Shown piece after piece: positions 54,120 through 64,000 of a stretch of DNA of 64,000 bases. Within the stretch, counting starts at the first letter, position 1; each line of letters begins with the position of its first letter. The translations under genes and the position numbers were made by a program. The stretch is from Candidatus Eiseniibacteriota bacterium (lineage in GTDB: Bacteria; Eisenbacteria; RBG-16-71-46). The DNA lies in assembly GCA_963744995.1 (NCBI GenBank), contig CAVUWA010000010.1, forward strand, positions 512,001-576,000, written 5' to 3'. The notes beneath the pieces are model-generated. The model was not told the origin of the DNA. It did no database searches and worked only from the letters and a program-made list of their open reading frames with translations.

Positions 54120-56201
54120 TCACGCGGACCCGAGCAGCCTCAGGATCCTCCAGAGGATGAGACGCAGGACCAGCGCGAGGATCACGCCGAGGATGAGAAC
54201 CATGATCACCGTGGTCCACGGGATCCCCTTCCATCCGTCGTCATCGGGCACGACCTTCTCCAGCGGGCCCGATGCAGGCGGCGTTTCGGCGCGCACGACG
54301 ATCGCGTAATAGACCTTCTGCGCGTACGTCGGGGACGATGACCGGGTGACGTTGACGGTCCACTTGCCCGTGGCGAGCGGCGCCGCCACCGTCGAGACCC
54401 CGGTGTGCGGCGACCAGCCGTCGGCGCTCCCGGGATCGCCCACGGTCGCGCGCTGGAACACGCTGGCTGGGTCGGCGCCGCCGACGCCGACCGATGCATC
54501 CGTCGGATCCAGGATCTCGAGCTCGAGGCGGGAGTGGTCGCCGTCCTCGTCCTCCGGCCACCAGATCGCGGCCTCGATGGCGAAGGCGTCCTCCCACGGC
54601 ACGTCGACCTCGATGGGCTGGGTCTTGGATGCGTCCACTTCGCACGACCCGTACCAGGCCCAGCCGTCCGAAGGCATGCGGATCGGCCCCGCGCCACGGT
54701 CGTCGGCGAGATTCGTTTCACGCCCGGACAGGATCATGAACGCGTATACCAGACCCGGGTCCACCGGCGACTCGTACTGGCTCAGCCAGTTGCGCCACAG
54801 GATCGCCGCGCTCGCGGCATAGGGCGCCGCCCCGCTGGTGCCGGAAAAGAAGGCCAGGTCTCTGCACTCGTCACCGTCGTTGCAATCTTGAATGCCGCCG
54901 GTCCGCGTATCGGTCGGGGCGATGACGTCCGGCTTCTCACGGCCGTCGTCGGTATCCCCGTGGCGGCCGAGCGAGTACGTCCCTCGCCCGGCGTCGACGA
55001 CGTCGTACCCGCCGACGGCGATGACGCGATGCGCCACCGAGGGTGCCGTCACGCCGGTCCCGTTGCCGGCTGCAGCGATCACCACCCGGCCTGCGTCAAA
55101 TGCGTTGTTGCAGTCGCCGATCAACGAAGACTCCGCGGAATTCATGTCGAATTCCATGACCAGTACCGGATCCAGCTCCTTGGCCGCTTCCTCGATGGCG
55201 GCCTTGGCGCCCTCGACGCAGACCCAGAAGGTGCCGCTGTCGTCCAGCCAAAAGACCCGGAAAGAGTGAACCGAAGCCTTCGTGACTCCCTCGTACAGCT
55301 CGTCGATGCTGTCGTTGCCGGTCAGGATCGACATCGTGGACGTGCCGTGCCCTTCCGGCTCGATGATGTCCGATACGATGTCGCCATCGACGCAGCAGCC
55401 GTCCACCACGGCGTCCGATCGCTCGGCGACGCGGTCGGGGTCCAGGTCGCCATCCCGCATCAGCAGCGCGTGGGTATTCACCCCCGTGTCGTAGAGGCCG
55501 ACCCAGCCGTAGTCGAGACCCAGGGACTCGAAGGGCTCCGAGTTGATCTGCCCCTTGGCGACCTGGACCGCATGCTCCTCGGCAGTTGGCATCATCAGCG
55601 ACATCCCGACGGGGGGGAGCGCCCGGATCGATGCCGGCTCGACGTAACGGACCGTGCGTTCGGCCGCCAATCCGGTGACATCACGCAGCTCCATGAGTGC
55701 AACCATCGACTGCGTCAACCAGAAGACGTGAACCGGTCTCCCGTTGTGAAGTATCACGGTCAGCGTATCCTCAGCGACCTGGGGGCCGCGGGCGATACGG
55801 ATGTCGTGAACGAGCATCGCTGCCGTATCCCGTTTCGCGACGTTCACGGGGTCATCGCGGTCGAGCGTAAGGTCGGGATCCGGAAAGCGCGGGATGGTCA
55901 CCGTGTCCCGAAAACTGACGATCAGCCGCACCCGCGTCGTGGCGCTGCTGTCTTGCAGCATCTGCACGAGCTCAGGGGCGATCTTCGATGTCTGCGGAGC
56001 CGCCTGCTGCACGTACGGCGGGTTCTGCTCGGCAGCGTGATCAGGTTTCAGCGGAAACCTGAACATCGCCCCCAAGGTGTCGAGGCTTGCCACACGCGTG
56101 AAGCGTTTCGGCGATGGAGCGCCCTTCGGCAGGCACGCGCCGGCACAGACGGCGAGCGCCAGTGAGAGCACGAGGAGTCCAGTCCGCACGGTTCCGAACA
56201 T
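54120..56201 (-). CDS. S8 (subtilisin-like) serine protease, exported, with C-terminal membrane anchor
   Basis: YDTGV (Asp), GHGTS (His), AAAGN (oxyanion), KPDVIAP, SGTSGAAP (Ser); N-terminal signal with Cys; C-terminal TM. Confidence 0.83.
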   Translation of the reverse strand: MFGTVRTGLLVLSLALAVCAGACLPKGAPSPKRFTRVASLDTLGAMFRFPLKPDHAAEQNPPYVQQAAPQTSKIAPELVQMLQDSSATTRVRLIVSFRDTVTIPRFPDPDLTLDRDDPVNVAKRDTAAMLVHDIRIARGPQVAEDTLTVILHNGRPVHVFWLTQSMVALMELRDVTGLAAERTVRYVEPASIRALPPVGMSLMMPTAEEHAVQVAKGQINSEPFESLGLDYGWVGLYDTGVNTHALLMRDGDLDPDRVAERSDAVVDGCCVDGDIVSDIIEPEGHGTSTMSILTGNDSIDELYEGVTKASVHSFRVFWLDDSGTFWVCVEGAKAAIEEAAKELDPVLVMEFDMNSAESSLIGDCNNAFDAGRVVIAAAGNGTGVTAPSVAHRVIAVGGYDVVDAGRGTYSLGRHGDTDDGREKPDVIAPTDTRTGGIQDCNDGDECRDLAFFSGTSGAAPYAASAAILWRNWLSQYESPVDPGLVYAFMILSGRETNLADDRGAGPIRMPSDGWAWYGSCEVDASKTQPIEVDVPWEDAFAIEAAIWWPEDEDGDHSRLELEILDPTDASVGVGGADPASVFQRATVGDPGSADGWSPHTGVSTVAAPLATGKWTVNVTRSSSPTYAQKVYYAIVVRAETPPASGPLEKVVPDDDGWKGIPWTTVIMVLILGVILALVLRLILWRILRLLGSA

Positions 56202-56306
56202 GCTTCCGCTCCCCGGCCGGGGTGAATCGGACCACCTGCGCCGATGCGCGGCCGTAGCGACCGACGCGGCGGACGGGGGGTATTCACCCCCCCTTCGCAC
56301 GCTTCC

Positions 56307-56708
56307 CTATTCGAACGAGAGCCCGGGCGGATCGGGGAACGAGTCGCCGGACAGCAGATCCGGGCTCATCGAATAGTCGAACCTGCCCGCCAGCTCGCCG
56401 GGTGGAATGTTGAACCACTTGCTCTTCTTGCCCGCCTCCATCGGAATCGGTGTAGGCGCCTCCAAGAACGGCCAGGATGGGAACGTCACCGTGATGCCAC
56501 GATCGGCCTGGTTGTCGAAGCGCACCCGGTTCCAGTCGGAGGACGACAGCGTGATCGCATAGGGCTCGGGAACGCCGCTCTTCTGGATGACGATCGTCAC
56601 GTCCACTTTCTTCGCCTTGGCGGGTTTGTCGGGCTTTTCTCCAGGGAGGATCGTGCTCCCGCCGATCACTGCCCCCCTGCCCTTGCCTCTGCCGGCTTTC
56701 TTCGCCAT
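56307..56708 (-). CDS. Hypothetical protein (133 aa, basic N-terminus, beta-rich)
   Basis: GGGAGGTG RBS, ATG 18 bp downstream of the kinase stop, protein-like composition; no recognised motif. Confidence 0.65.
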   Translation of the reverse strand: MAKKAGRGKGRGAVIGGSTILPGEKPDKPAKAKKVDVTIVIQKSGVPEPYAITLSSSDWNRVRFDNQADRGITVTFPSWPFLEAPTPIPMEAGKKSKWFNIPPGELAGRFDYSMSPDLLSGDSFPDPPGLSFE

Positions 56709-56726
56709 GCGGCACCTCCCGTCCGG

Positions 56727-59180
56727 TCAACCGGACTTGGGTTGGCGTCCCTCCGCGAGAATCGCCGCGAATGCGGGATCGTCGCGCAGGGACTCGAGTT
56801 CCGGATCGTGCTCGAGTTCGGCCACACCGCGCCCGTGACGTACCGCCTCACGGAACCAGTGCAGCGCTCTCTTGCGGTCTCCGGCTTGAAGGAAGACGTA
56901 GCCCGCCCGCAGCATGCATTCGTTCTCGTCGGGCGAATCCGCGAGCGCCCTCACGATGGCGGCGATGGCTTCGGCGTCGCGGCCACGGTTGGCGAGCCAG
57001 CCCGCGAGCCGGGCGCGGCCCCACGCGTCGCCGGGAGACCGACGCAGGCGTTCGCTCATCAACGAGATGGCATGATCCAGCGCCTCGACCGCTCGCGCTT
57101 CGCGGCCGGGGATCTGTCGGCACGCGCTGCCGAGGTTGCCGAGGAACTCGGGATCCGCCGGGGCGAGCGCAACCGCCCGTTCGAGCGCTTCGACGCACGC
57201 GTCGTAGCGACCGAGGAAGAACAGCAGTGAGCCCAGATTCGAGTAGGCACGTGCGCTGGGCAGCAGCGCCACGCTGTGCTCGTAGAACGGGACCGCGCGA
57301 CGCATGTGCCCGAGGTAGAACAGTGCGACGCCGATGTTGCGCAGCACGATCCCATTCTCGGGCGCCCGGCGGCGCACGCGCCGCCATGCGGACAGCGCTT
57401 CACGATACGCGCCGGAGTGGGCGTGTGCGAGCCCGAGCAGATTGTACGCCTGCCAGTCTCCGGGGCGCGCGCGGATCGCTCGTTCGCAGGCCTTGCGGGC
57501 TTCTTCGCCGTGGCCAAGCCGCAACGCCGTGCGCACGAAACCGTCCAGTGCATCGGGCTCCGCCGGCATGATCTCCCGATAGATCGAGAAGGCCTCCTCC
57601 GAGCGGCCGGTGCTGGCTCGCAGGTCGGCGAGCGCGAGGCGCACCTCGGAGCGTCGCGGGTCGGTCTGCGCGGCCTTCGCGCAGGCCGTGGCCGCACGAT
57701 CCTGCCACACCCGCGCGGCGGTATGGCGATACTTGAAGAGGCACGCCCGCGCCAGCGCCGCATGGAAGCGCGGATCCTGCGGCTCGTCGCGGACCAGCCG
57801 TTCCAGAATCTGGACCCCGGCATCTACCGCGCCTTCCTGATCGAAGCGATCCAGGTAGCGCAGCGCCTGCGCGTAGTGTTCCGCCGCGGCGGGATCGTGG
57901 CGCGCCCGCGCCGCCGGCGCGGCGGCCGCGTTCGCGGGCGCTCCGAGCGACGCCGCGACGCTCTCGACCACCCGGTCCTCGAGTGCGAACGGATCCGCGG
58001 TCGCACCGTCGAGCGAGGCTCCGGCGAGGCGCGCACCGGCGACCGGATCGACCAGGCTCCAGGTGACGCGGGTCACGGCCTCGGTCACCCGCACTCGCCC
58101 CTCGAGGAGCAGGTTCGCGCCCATGCGTGCCGCGGTTTCGCGCCAGCCCGTGTCCGCCGGGCCGGCGGACGGCGTCACCGCGCGCACGGTGGGCAGCCCC
58201 GCGAGCCGCGCTTCCAGCGCCTCGCGCAGCGCAGGCGCCGCATGATCGGCCGCCCCGTTGCCTTCCGGCGCGAAGCCGACGACGCCCAGGTAGATCGGCG
58301 CGCCGCGCTCGAGCACGCCGGGCCCCGGAAGGGCCGTCGCCGCGGCCGGCGTCGCCGCGGCCTCCGCCGCGCTCGCGGTGCACGCATCCAGCGCACGCGT
58401 CATCTCCGCCGCGCCGGCGAAGCGCTCCGCCGGATCGCGCGCCATCGCCTTCATCACCACCGCCTCGACGTTCCGTGGAATCTCCGGCCGCAGCTCGCGC
58501 GGCGGCTGCAGCGGCAGGTTGGGAATCGCGTAGGCGAGCTGCTCCTGTCGCTCGGCCACGAACGGCAGCCGCCCGGTGAGCGCCTCGTACATGACCGCGC
58601 CGAGCCCGTAGACGTCGCTGCGCGCGTCGCCGCTGCCACCGACCACGACTTCGGGCGCCAGATACGCGAACGTGCCGACCACGCTGCCGGTGGTGGTGAG
58701 ACGCGTCGCGCCTTCCGAGAGGGCGAGGCCGAAATCCACGATCAGCGCGTGGCCGTCCGCATCGAGCATGATGTTGCGACCGGTGACGTCGCGGTGCACG
58801 ACGCCGTGCGCATGCGCATGCGCGAGGCCCTCCGCAACCTCGCGCGCGATGCGCAGGACGTCGTGGATCGGCATCAGGCTTCGGGCTGCTCGTTCGGAGA
58901 GCGTCGGGCCGTCGATCCGCGCCATCGCGATGTAGGCGGCACCGTCGGCCTCGCCCGCTTCGACGATCTGCGCGATCGCCGGATGGTGCAGCCGCATCTG
59001 GCTCTCGGCTTCGTGCTGGAAACGCCTGCGCGCCTTCGCCGATCCGGCGGCCGGGCCCTGCAGGATCTTGAGGGCCACCTCGTGGCCGACGAGCTCGTCT
59101 GCGGCGCTCCATACGGAGGCCATCCCGCCTTCGCCGAGCTTCGCGAGGATCCGAAACCGTCCGATCTTTCTTCCGATCAT
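56727..59180 (-). CDS. Hanks-type protein kinase with TolB-N-like region and TPR repeats
   Basis: LGEGGMASV, VALK, HRDVTGRN, DFGLA, GTFAYLAPE, SDVYGLG; C-terminal TPRs (AYNLLGLA, AYSNLGSL). Confidence 0.88.
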   Translation of the reverse strand: MIGRKIGRFRILAKLGEGGMASVWSAADELVGHEVALKILQGPAAGSAKARRRFQHEAESQMRLHHPAIAQIVEAGEADGAAYIAMARIDGPTLSERAARSLMPIHDVLRIAREVAEGLAHAHAHGVVHRDVTGRNIMLDADGHALIVDFGLALSEGATRLTTTGSVVGTFAYLAPEVVVGGSGDARSDVYGLGAVMYEALTGRLPFVAERQEQLAYAIPNLPLQPPRELRPEIPRNVEAVVMKAMARDPAERFAGAAEMTRALDACTASAAEAAATPAAATALPGPGVLERGAPIYLGVVGFAPEGNGAADHAAPALREALEARLAGLPTVRAVTPSAGPADTGWRETAARMGANLLLEGRVRVTEAVTRVTWSLVDPVAGARLAGASLDGATADPFALEDRVVESVAASLGAPANAAAAPAARARHDPAAAEHYAQALRYLDRFDQEGAVDAGVQILERLVRDEPQDPRFHAALARACLFKYRHTAARVWQDRAATACAKAAQTDPRRSEVRLALADLRASTGRSEEAFSIYREIMPAEPDALDGFVRTALRLGHGEEARKACERAIRARPGDWQAYNLLGLAHAHSGAYREALSAWRRVRRRAPENGIVLRNIGVALFYLGHMRRAVPFYEHSVALLPSARAYSNLGSLLFFLGRYDACVEALERAVALAPADPEFLGNLGSACRQIPGREARAVEALDHAISLMSERLRRSPGDAWGRARLAGWLANRGRDAEAIAAIVRALADSPDENECMLRAGYVFLQAGDRKRALHWFREAVRHGRGVAELEHDPELESLRDDPAFAAILAEGRQPKSG

Positions 59181-59355
59181 GAGGAGCCTCGGATGACGTC
59201 ACGGGTCGGGGCGCGGCAGGTGCGGGGGGATTGCGGCCCGAAGGTGCCCGCTGCTGGGAGGAATTCCGGCCTCCTCCCTGAGGCCGCGATCGATGCACGG
59301 AGGCTACGCCCCGAACGGGGCGGAATCAAGAATGGTCGCGCCGCCGATCACTGCG

Positions 59356-62010
59356 CTACTTCGACAGACTCTCCTGCCAGTTCACGACGACGTCGAACGG
59401 CGTCGCCGACTCGAGCCCGAATGGAACGTGGACGAGGAAGCGCTGGCCGTCGCGGCTGACATCGTAGCGGTTCCGTGCGGGTCCGATCTGCGGAATCACG
59501 AACAGTGGCACCGGAACGCCCGTCTGAAACCCCTCGTCGGTGGTGACCGGCACGGCCATCAGCCGACTGTCGGGAGCAACGAAGTAGAGTTCCCTGCCGT
59601 CTCCGCGCCACGTGGGCCACGCGCCCCCGGCGAGCGACACCTGCCACTTGCCGCGCGGTTCGGGGAAGCCCTGCACGTAGATCTCGTTGCGCCCGGACTC
59701 ATTCGAAGCGTAGGCGAGCCAGCGGCTGTCCGGCGACAGCACGCCCGAGGACTGGTTGCCGGGCCGCTTGACGAGATCGATCGGTTTGCGGTCGCCGTCC
59801 ACTTCGATGCAGCGGATATCGATATCGCCGGCGGCCACGGTCTCCCAGTACACGAGGTAGCGACCATCCGAGGACCAGCTGGTCGGAAACTTCTCGTTGT
59901 CCGAGTGGACGAGCAGCTCGAGGCTCCCTACCCCGTTCGAGCGCTTGCGGAAGATGTCGAGGCCCAGCGAGTCGCGCGCCGAGTTGAACGCGATCCACCG
60001 GCCGTCGGGCGACCACACCGGCGCGCTGTCGGTCTGCGGGTCGAAGGTCAGACGCGACAGCGTGCCGTGCTCGGCGTCGAGCACCCACACGTCGAGATCC
60101 CCGGACTGCGGATCGCGGCGGCGCATGGCGACGCGCCGGCCGTCGGGCGACCACATGGGATTCTGCAGGTCGCCCGCGGGACCGAGCGTCTTCACGCGAC
60201 GGCCCGTGCGGTCGAACACGACCAGCTCGAGGTCGCCGGAGCGGCCACGCTGATAGACCAGCGTGCCGTCGTGGGACACGCTGAAGTCGGTGTTGCCGAA
60301 GGCGCCCTGCGGAAGCCCTTCCGCCACCGGCACGGGATCGCCGGTGAACGCGATGCGCTTCGCATCGAACGGCTGCGCGAGCAGGGTGCGTTCGCGCACG
60401 AACAGAAGATAGCCCGGCGGCGCGTACCGGATGAAAGAGAAGGTCTCGCCGGGCAGGGCCTTGACGTCCTTGCCGTCGATTGAGCCCGCGAACAGCTTGA
60501 GGGCGTTGTCGCCGTTCAGGGCCAGGTAGAGGAAGTGTTTCCGGTCCGGCAGGAACTCGGGCCAGCCGTGCGCCACCTCGCCGCCTTTCCGGTCGAGCGA
60601 GGTCGCCGGGGACACCAGTCCCCCCGACGCCGAGATGCGCTGCAGCGAGTCCGCGCCGTCGAAGATGATGACGTCCGCCGGTCCCCACGCGCCGTCTTCG
60701 CCGCCCGGGGCGTCGCCCAGCGTCTGCGGCGCGCCGCCGTTGATGGCGACCCGCTTGAGCTTGCCGTCGAGCAGGAACGCCATGTGCCGGCTGTCCGGCG
60801 ACCAGAAGGGCCGATGCGCGCCGGCCGTCCCCGGCAGCGGCGTCGCGTCGAGCTCGCCCATGGGCCGCAGCCAGATCGATTCGGCGCCGAGCGAATCGCG
60901 GCCGAGGAACGCGAGGTACCTGCCGTCGGGCGAGATGATCGGTGAGCGCATGGTCAGCACGCCGCGCGGGGGATACATGCGGAAGCGCAGGAGTTCCGGC
61001 TCGGGCGTCCTGCGCATGAGCGCCATCGCTCCGAGCGCCAGCGCCACGACCCCCGCCAGGACCGCGACGCCCCACGCCAGCCGCTCGCGCGAGCGGCGGC
61101 GGTGCGCGAGCGGCGCCGGGATGCCCGCTTGCGAGCCGCCCTCGGCGATCCATTGCAGCTGCAGCTTGACGTCGTGGGCCGTCTGGATGCGCTCGTCGCG
61201 ATCCTTGGCGAGGCAGGTGTGGATCACGCGATCGAGCGCCGGCGGCGACAGCGGCTGGATCGTCGAGATCGGCGCCGGGCTGGACGACATGATCGACGAG
61301 ATCAGGCTCGCGCGGCTCTTGCCCGCGAACGCCGGGCGCCCGGTGGCCATCTCGTAGAGCAGCGCGCCGAGCGCGAAGACGTCGGTGCGCGCGTCGGCCT
61401 CTTCGCCCTCGAGCTGCTCGGGCGCCATGTACTGGAACGTGCCGAGCAGCGTGCCTTCCGCGGTCAAGGGCTGCGAGCCCGCGGCCTCGGTCGGCAGCGA
61501 CGTCAATGCGCTCGCCGCCGAGCCCGCCGAGGGCGCCAGGGTGCGCGCGAGGCCGAAGTCGAGCAGCTTGGGGCCCGACTTGGTGAGCATGACGTTGCCG
61601 GGCTTCAGGTCGCGGTGGACGATGCCCTGCCGGTGCGCGCGATCGAGCGCATCGGCGATCGCGGCGCCGACCGAGAGCACTTCCTGCGGCGGCAGGGCTC
61701 CGTGCGTCAGGCGATCGGCGAGCGTCTCCCCCTCCAGGTGCTCCATGACCAGGAAGTCCACGCCGTTCTCGTGCCCGACGTCGTGCAGCACGCAGATGTT
61801 CGGGTGCGAGAGCTGCGAGATCGCCTTCGCCTCGCGGTCGAAGCGCTGGCGCAGCGCGGGATCGGAGGACAGATGGGAGGGCAGCACCTTGATCGCGACC
61901 GTGCGATCGAGGCGCGGATCGCGGGCGCGGTAGACCTCTCCCATCCCGCCGGCGCCGATCGCGCCGAGGATTTCGTAGTGGCCGAGCTGGGTTCCGGGTT
62001 CGAGCGGCAC
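59356..62010 (-). CDS. Ser/Thr protein kinase with TM and PD40/TolB-like beta-propeller
   Basis: IGAGGMGEVY, VAIK, HRDLKPGN, DFGLA, GTFQYMAPE; TM; repeated WSPDG motifs. Confidence 0.92.
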   Translation of the reverse strand: MPLEPGTQLGHYEILGAIGAGGMGEVYRARDPRLDRTVAIKVLPSHLSSDPALRQRFDREAKAISQLSHPNICVLHDVGHENGVDFLVMEHLEGETLADRLTHGALPPQEVLSVGAAIADALDRAHRQGIVHRDLKPGNVMLTKSGPKLLDFGLARTLAPSAGSAASALTSLPTEAAGSQPLTAEGTLLGTFQYMAPEQLEGEEADARTDVFALGALLYEMATGRPAFAGKSRASLISSIMSSSPAPISTIQPLSPPALDRVIHTCLAKDRDERIQTAHDVKLQLQWIAEGGSQAGIPAPLAHRRRSRERLAWGVAVLAGVVALALGAMALMRRTPEPELLRFRMYPPRGVLTMRSPIISPDGRYLAFLGRDSLGAESIWLRPMGELDATPLPGTAGAHRPFWSPDSRHMAFLLDGKLKRVAINGGAPQTLGDAPGGEDGAWGPADVIIFDGADSLQRISASGGLVSPATSLDRKGGEVAHGWPEFLPDRKHFLYLALNGDNALKLFAGSIDGKDVKALPGETFSFIRYAPPGYLLFVRERTLLAQPFDAKRIAFTGDPVPVAEGLPQGAFGNTDFSVSHDGTLVYQRGRSGDLELVVFDRTGRRVKTLGPAGDLQNPMWSPDGRRVAMRRRDPQSGDLDVWVLDAEHGTLSRLTFDPQTDSAPVWSPDGRWIAFNSARDSLGLDIFRKRSNGVGSLELLVHSDNEKFPTSWSSDGRYLVYWETVAAGDIDIRCIEVDGDRKPIDLVKRPGNQSSGVLSPDSRWLAYASNESGRNEIYVQGFPEPRGKWQVSLAGGAWPTWRGDGRELYFVAPDSRLMAVPVTTDEGFQTGVPVPLFVIPQIGPARNRYDVSRDGQRFLVHVPFGLESATPFDVVVNWQESLSK

Positions 62011-62228
62011 GGGGAGTTCTCCGGGAGGTGCAAAGCGGAAGTGGATGCAGGCAGAGGGCGCGCCCTCCCGCCGTCGGGGTCGGGCGCGCGGAAGGTAGCA
62101 CAGGCGTGGGGAGGCGAGTGGCGGAAGCACCTGACGATCGGGAGAAGGCTGAAAAAATTCGCGGAGCCGACCGCCGGAGCCGGCGGCGCTCGCCCGCTCC
62201 GGGATCGCGCGTCAGCCGCGCGGGACCA

Positions 62229-64000
62229 TCAGCGGCCGCGGCCCATCCGACCCCGCGCCCGCTTCGCCGACGCCTCGTCCCCCACCGTCTCGAACAGCCG
62301 CGCCATCTCCTCGAGCACCGCGGGCTCGCCGGTGCGGTCGATCATCGGCCGCCACAGCCGGGCCGCTTCCTGCAACCGCCCGGCCGCCACGTCCACACGT
62401 CCCGCGCCGATGATGGCCGCCACGTTGCCGGGGTCCACGGACATCAGCGCCTCGTACGCGCGCAGCGCGTCGTCGTAGCGGCCCTGCATCATCAGCGCCT
62501 CGCCCATGATCAACCAGCCTTCGGGCACGTCGGGGCGCGCGCGCACGATGCCGTCGGCGGCTGCGAGCGCGGCGCCGAGGTGGCCGTGCATGAGCTCGTA
62601 CACGCCGAGGAAGATCCGCGGCCGCCAGGTGAGCGAGTCCGGCTGCACCTGGACGAGACCGCGGAACGTGTGCACGTTGCGAAGCGTGTCGCTCGCAAAC
62701 CACGCGGGCGCGGTCCCGAACGCAGGGCCGATGCGGTAGGTGACGCTCGGCGGGCGGTCGGTGGCGTGCACGACCTCGAGCCCCGGCACGACGCCGGTGG
62801 TGTCGAGCAGGTAGCTGAACTCGGGGCGCAGCTGCGCCTCGACCCACGAGAAGTAAAGGAAGCCGGCGTGCTCGTCACGCGCGGCGGACGCAAGATCCGC
62901 GAGCGCCGGCACGCGCGGAAACGGCGCCACCGTGAGGTGCGCGTAGTAGCCGATGTGCGCCTTGCGCGCCATCACGGTGCCGCCGCCGGGCGCAATCGCC
63001 CTCAGGGCGCGGGCGGACTCGAGCACCTCGCGCGGCAGATCGCGCTCGATCCGCTGCTGCAGACGCACGCTGTCCACGGCACGCGGCCCCACGGCGGCGA
63101 ACCCGGCCAGCGCGAGGACGACGAGCGCGGGCACGCGCCGGCGCCGCCAGCCGAACGGCGCCGCGATGCCGCATGCGGCGGCGGCCATGTAGAACGGCAG
63201 CAGCGCCAGCGAATAGCGGTCGCTGTAGAACACCGGCACCAGCGCGAGGAATGCGAACGCGCCGAGGATCGCCAGCCCGAGGCCGCGCCGCCATGTGCCG
63301 CGCACGGCGGCCGCGAGGATCGCGACGCCGGCGAGCGCGGCGGCAGGCCAGCCGACCAGCGTCCCCAGGTCGCGCACGAGGTGATCCGCGCCCGCGCGCC
63401 CCCACTTCTCGACGAGCCCCGGGCCGTCGCGCCGCACGACCTCGAAGAATCCGATCTTCGCCGCGGTGTCGCGCGCCGCGGGCATCCAGTCCTGCACCTG
63501 GCGCAGCGCGCGCGTGTCGGCATAGAAGCCGAAGTTCGAGAGCAGCCCCTCGCCCGGCACATGGCCGCGGGCGAGCGAGTACGCGGTCCACGGCACCAGC
63601 ACGGCGCCCAGCCCCAGCAGCCACGTCCATGCGGCGCGGCGCGGGTGTTCCGTGACGCCGGGGAGCCACAGGCACAGCAGCGAGGCGGGAATCAGGGACG
63701 CGAGGTTGTAGCGCGTCAGGATCGCGAGCGCCGCCAGCAACCCGGCCCAGAGCGGCGCGCGCCGGCCGCGCATGGCGAGCAACGCGAACACCGAGGCCGA
63801 CTGCAGCGCCACGCTCAGCGCGTCGGTCGTGGCCGAATAGCCGTAGCGGAACAGCACCGGGTTCGCCGCGAGCAGCAGCGCGCACCACGCGCCGGCGTAG
63901 GGGTTCGCGCGGCGCGCGAGCAGCAGGAACCACAGGAGGAGCGTCGCCGCGAACGCCGTCACCGAGACGAACTTCGCCGCGGCGAACAGATCGCGCGTGA
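62229..64000 (-). CDS. GT-C fold (PMT/ArnT-like) membrane glycosyltransferase with C-terminal TPR; 5' end outside window
   Basis: Multiple TMs, YSATTDAL, AGLLAALAILTRY, SDRYSLALLP; C-terminal TPR helices; frame open to the window edge. Confidence 0.7.
   Translation of the reverse strand, partial: TRDLFAAAKFVSVTAFAATLLLWFLLLARRANPYAGAWCALLLAANPVLFRYGYSATTDALSVALQSASVFALLAMRGRRAPLWAGLLAALAILTRYNLASLIPASLLCLWLPGVTEHPRRAAWTWLLGLGAVLVPWTAYSLARGHVPGEGLLSNFGFYADTRALRQVQDWMPAARDTAAKIGFFEVVRRDGPGLVEKWGRAGADHLVRDLGTLVGWPAAALAGVAILAAAVRGTWRRGLGLAILGAFAFLALVPVFYSDRYSLALLPFYMAAAACGIAAPFGWRRRRVPALVVLALAGFAAVGPRAVDSVRLQQRIERDLPREVLESARALRAIAPGGGTVMARKAHIGYYAHLTVAPFPRVPALADLASAARDEHAGFLYFSWVEAQLRPEFSYLLDTTGVVPGLEVVHATDRPPSVTYRIGPAFGTAPAWFASDTLRNVHTFRGLVQVQPDSLTWRPRIFLGVYELMHGHLGAALAAADGIVRARPDVPEGWLIMGEALMMQGRYDDALRAYEALMSVDPGNVAAIIGAGRVDVAAGRLQEAARLWRPMIDRTGEPAVLEEMARLFETVGDEASAKRARGRMGRGR

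Overview
Very GC-rich bacterial chromosome segment with about 51 protein-coding genes. I found no rRNA, tRNA, CRISPR array, transposase or integrase. Left part (minus strand, housekeeping): larC, larB, dusB, HAD phosphatase, ctpA, tmk, ino1, CDP-alcohol phosphatidyltransferase, rsmI, ltaE, HU, ilvC, a TPR protein, an HD protein and priA. 17.5-24 kb: a c-di-GMP/two-component operon behind a consensus sigma-54 promoter, made of REC-GGDEF, two tandem paralogous GAF-histidine kinase-GAF-HD-GYP fusions and a stand-alone REC. Next come tsaD and cutA, a ~195 bp inverted-repeat element, a zinc peptidase + Ddl-like ATP-grasp pair, a secreted 6-heme cytochrome c, and ada/alkA-ogt. 37-51.6 kb: a divergent energy island, with a Por-type 2-oxoacid oxidoreductase + ferredoxin on one side and rnfCDGEAB-korAB on the other. 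Its RnfA carries an unusual exported N-terminal domain. The right end holds a secreted multicopper oxidase, an S8 protease, two Hanks-type kinases and a partial GT-C/TPR gene. The cytochrome and the multicopper oxidase lie 23.6 kb apart, yet share a FlgD-Ig-like C-terminal domain and a 23-bp sigma-54-like upstream motif. The gene repertoire resembles Candidatus Eisenbacteria-like lineages; this is an inference, not verified. Start codons were refined by eye and all product calls rest on motif recognition, not database searches.
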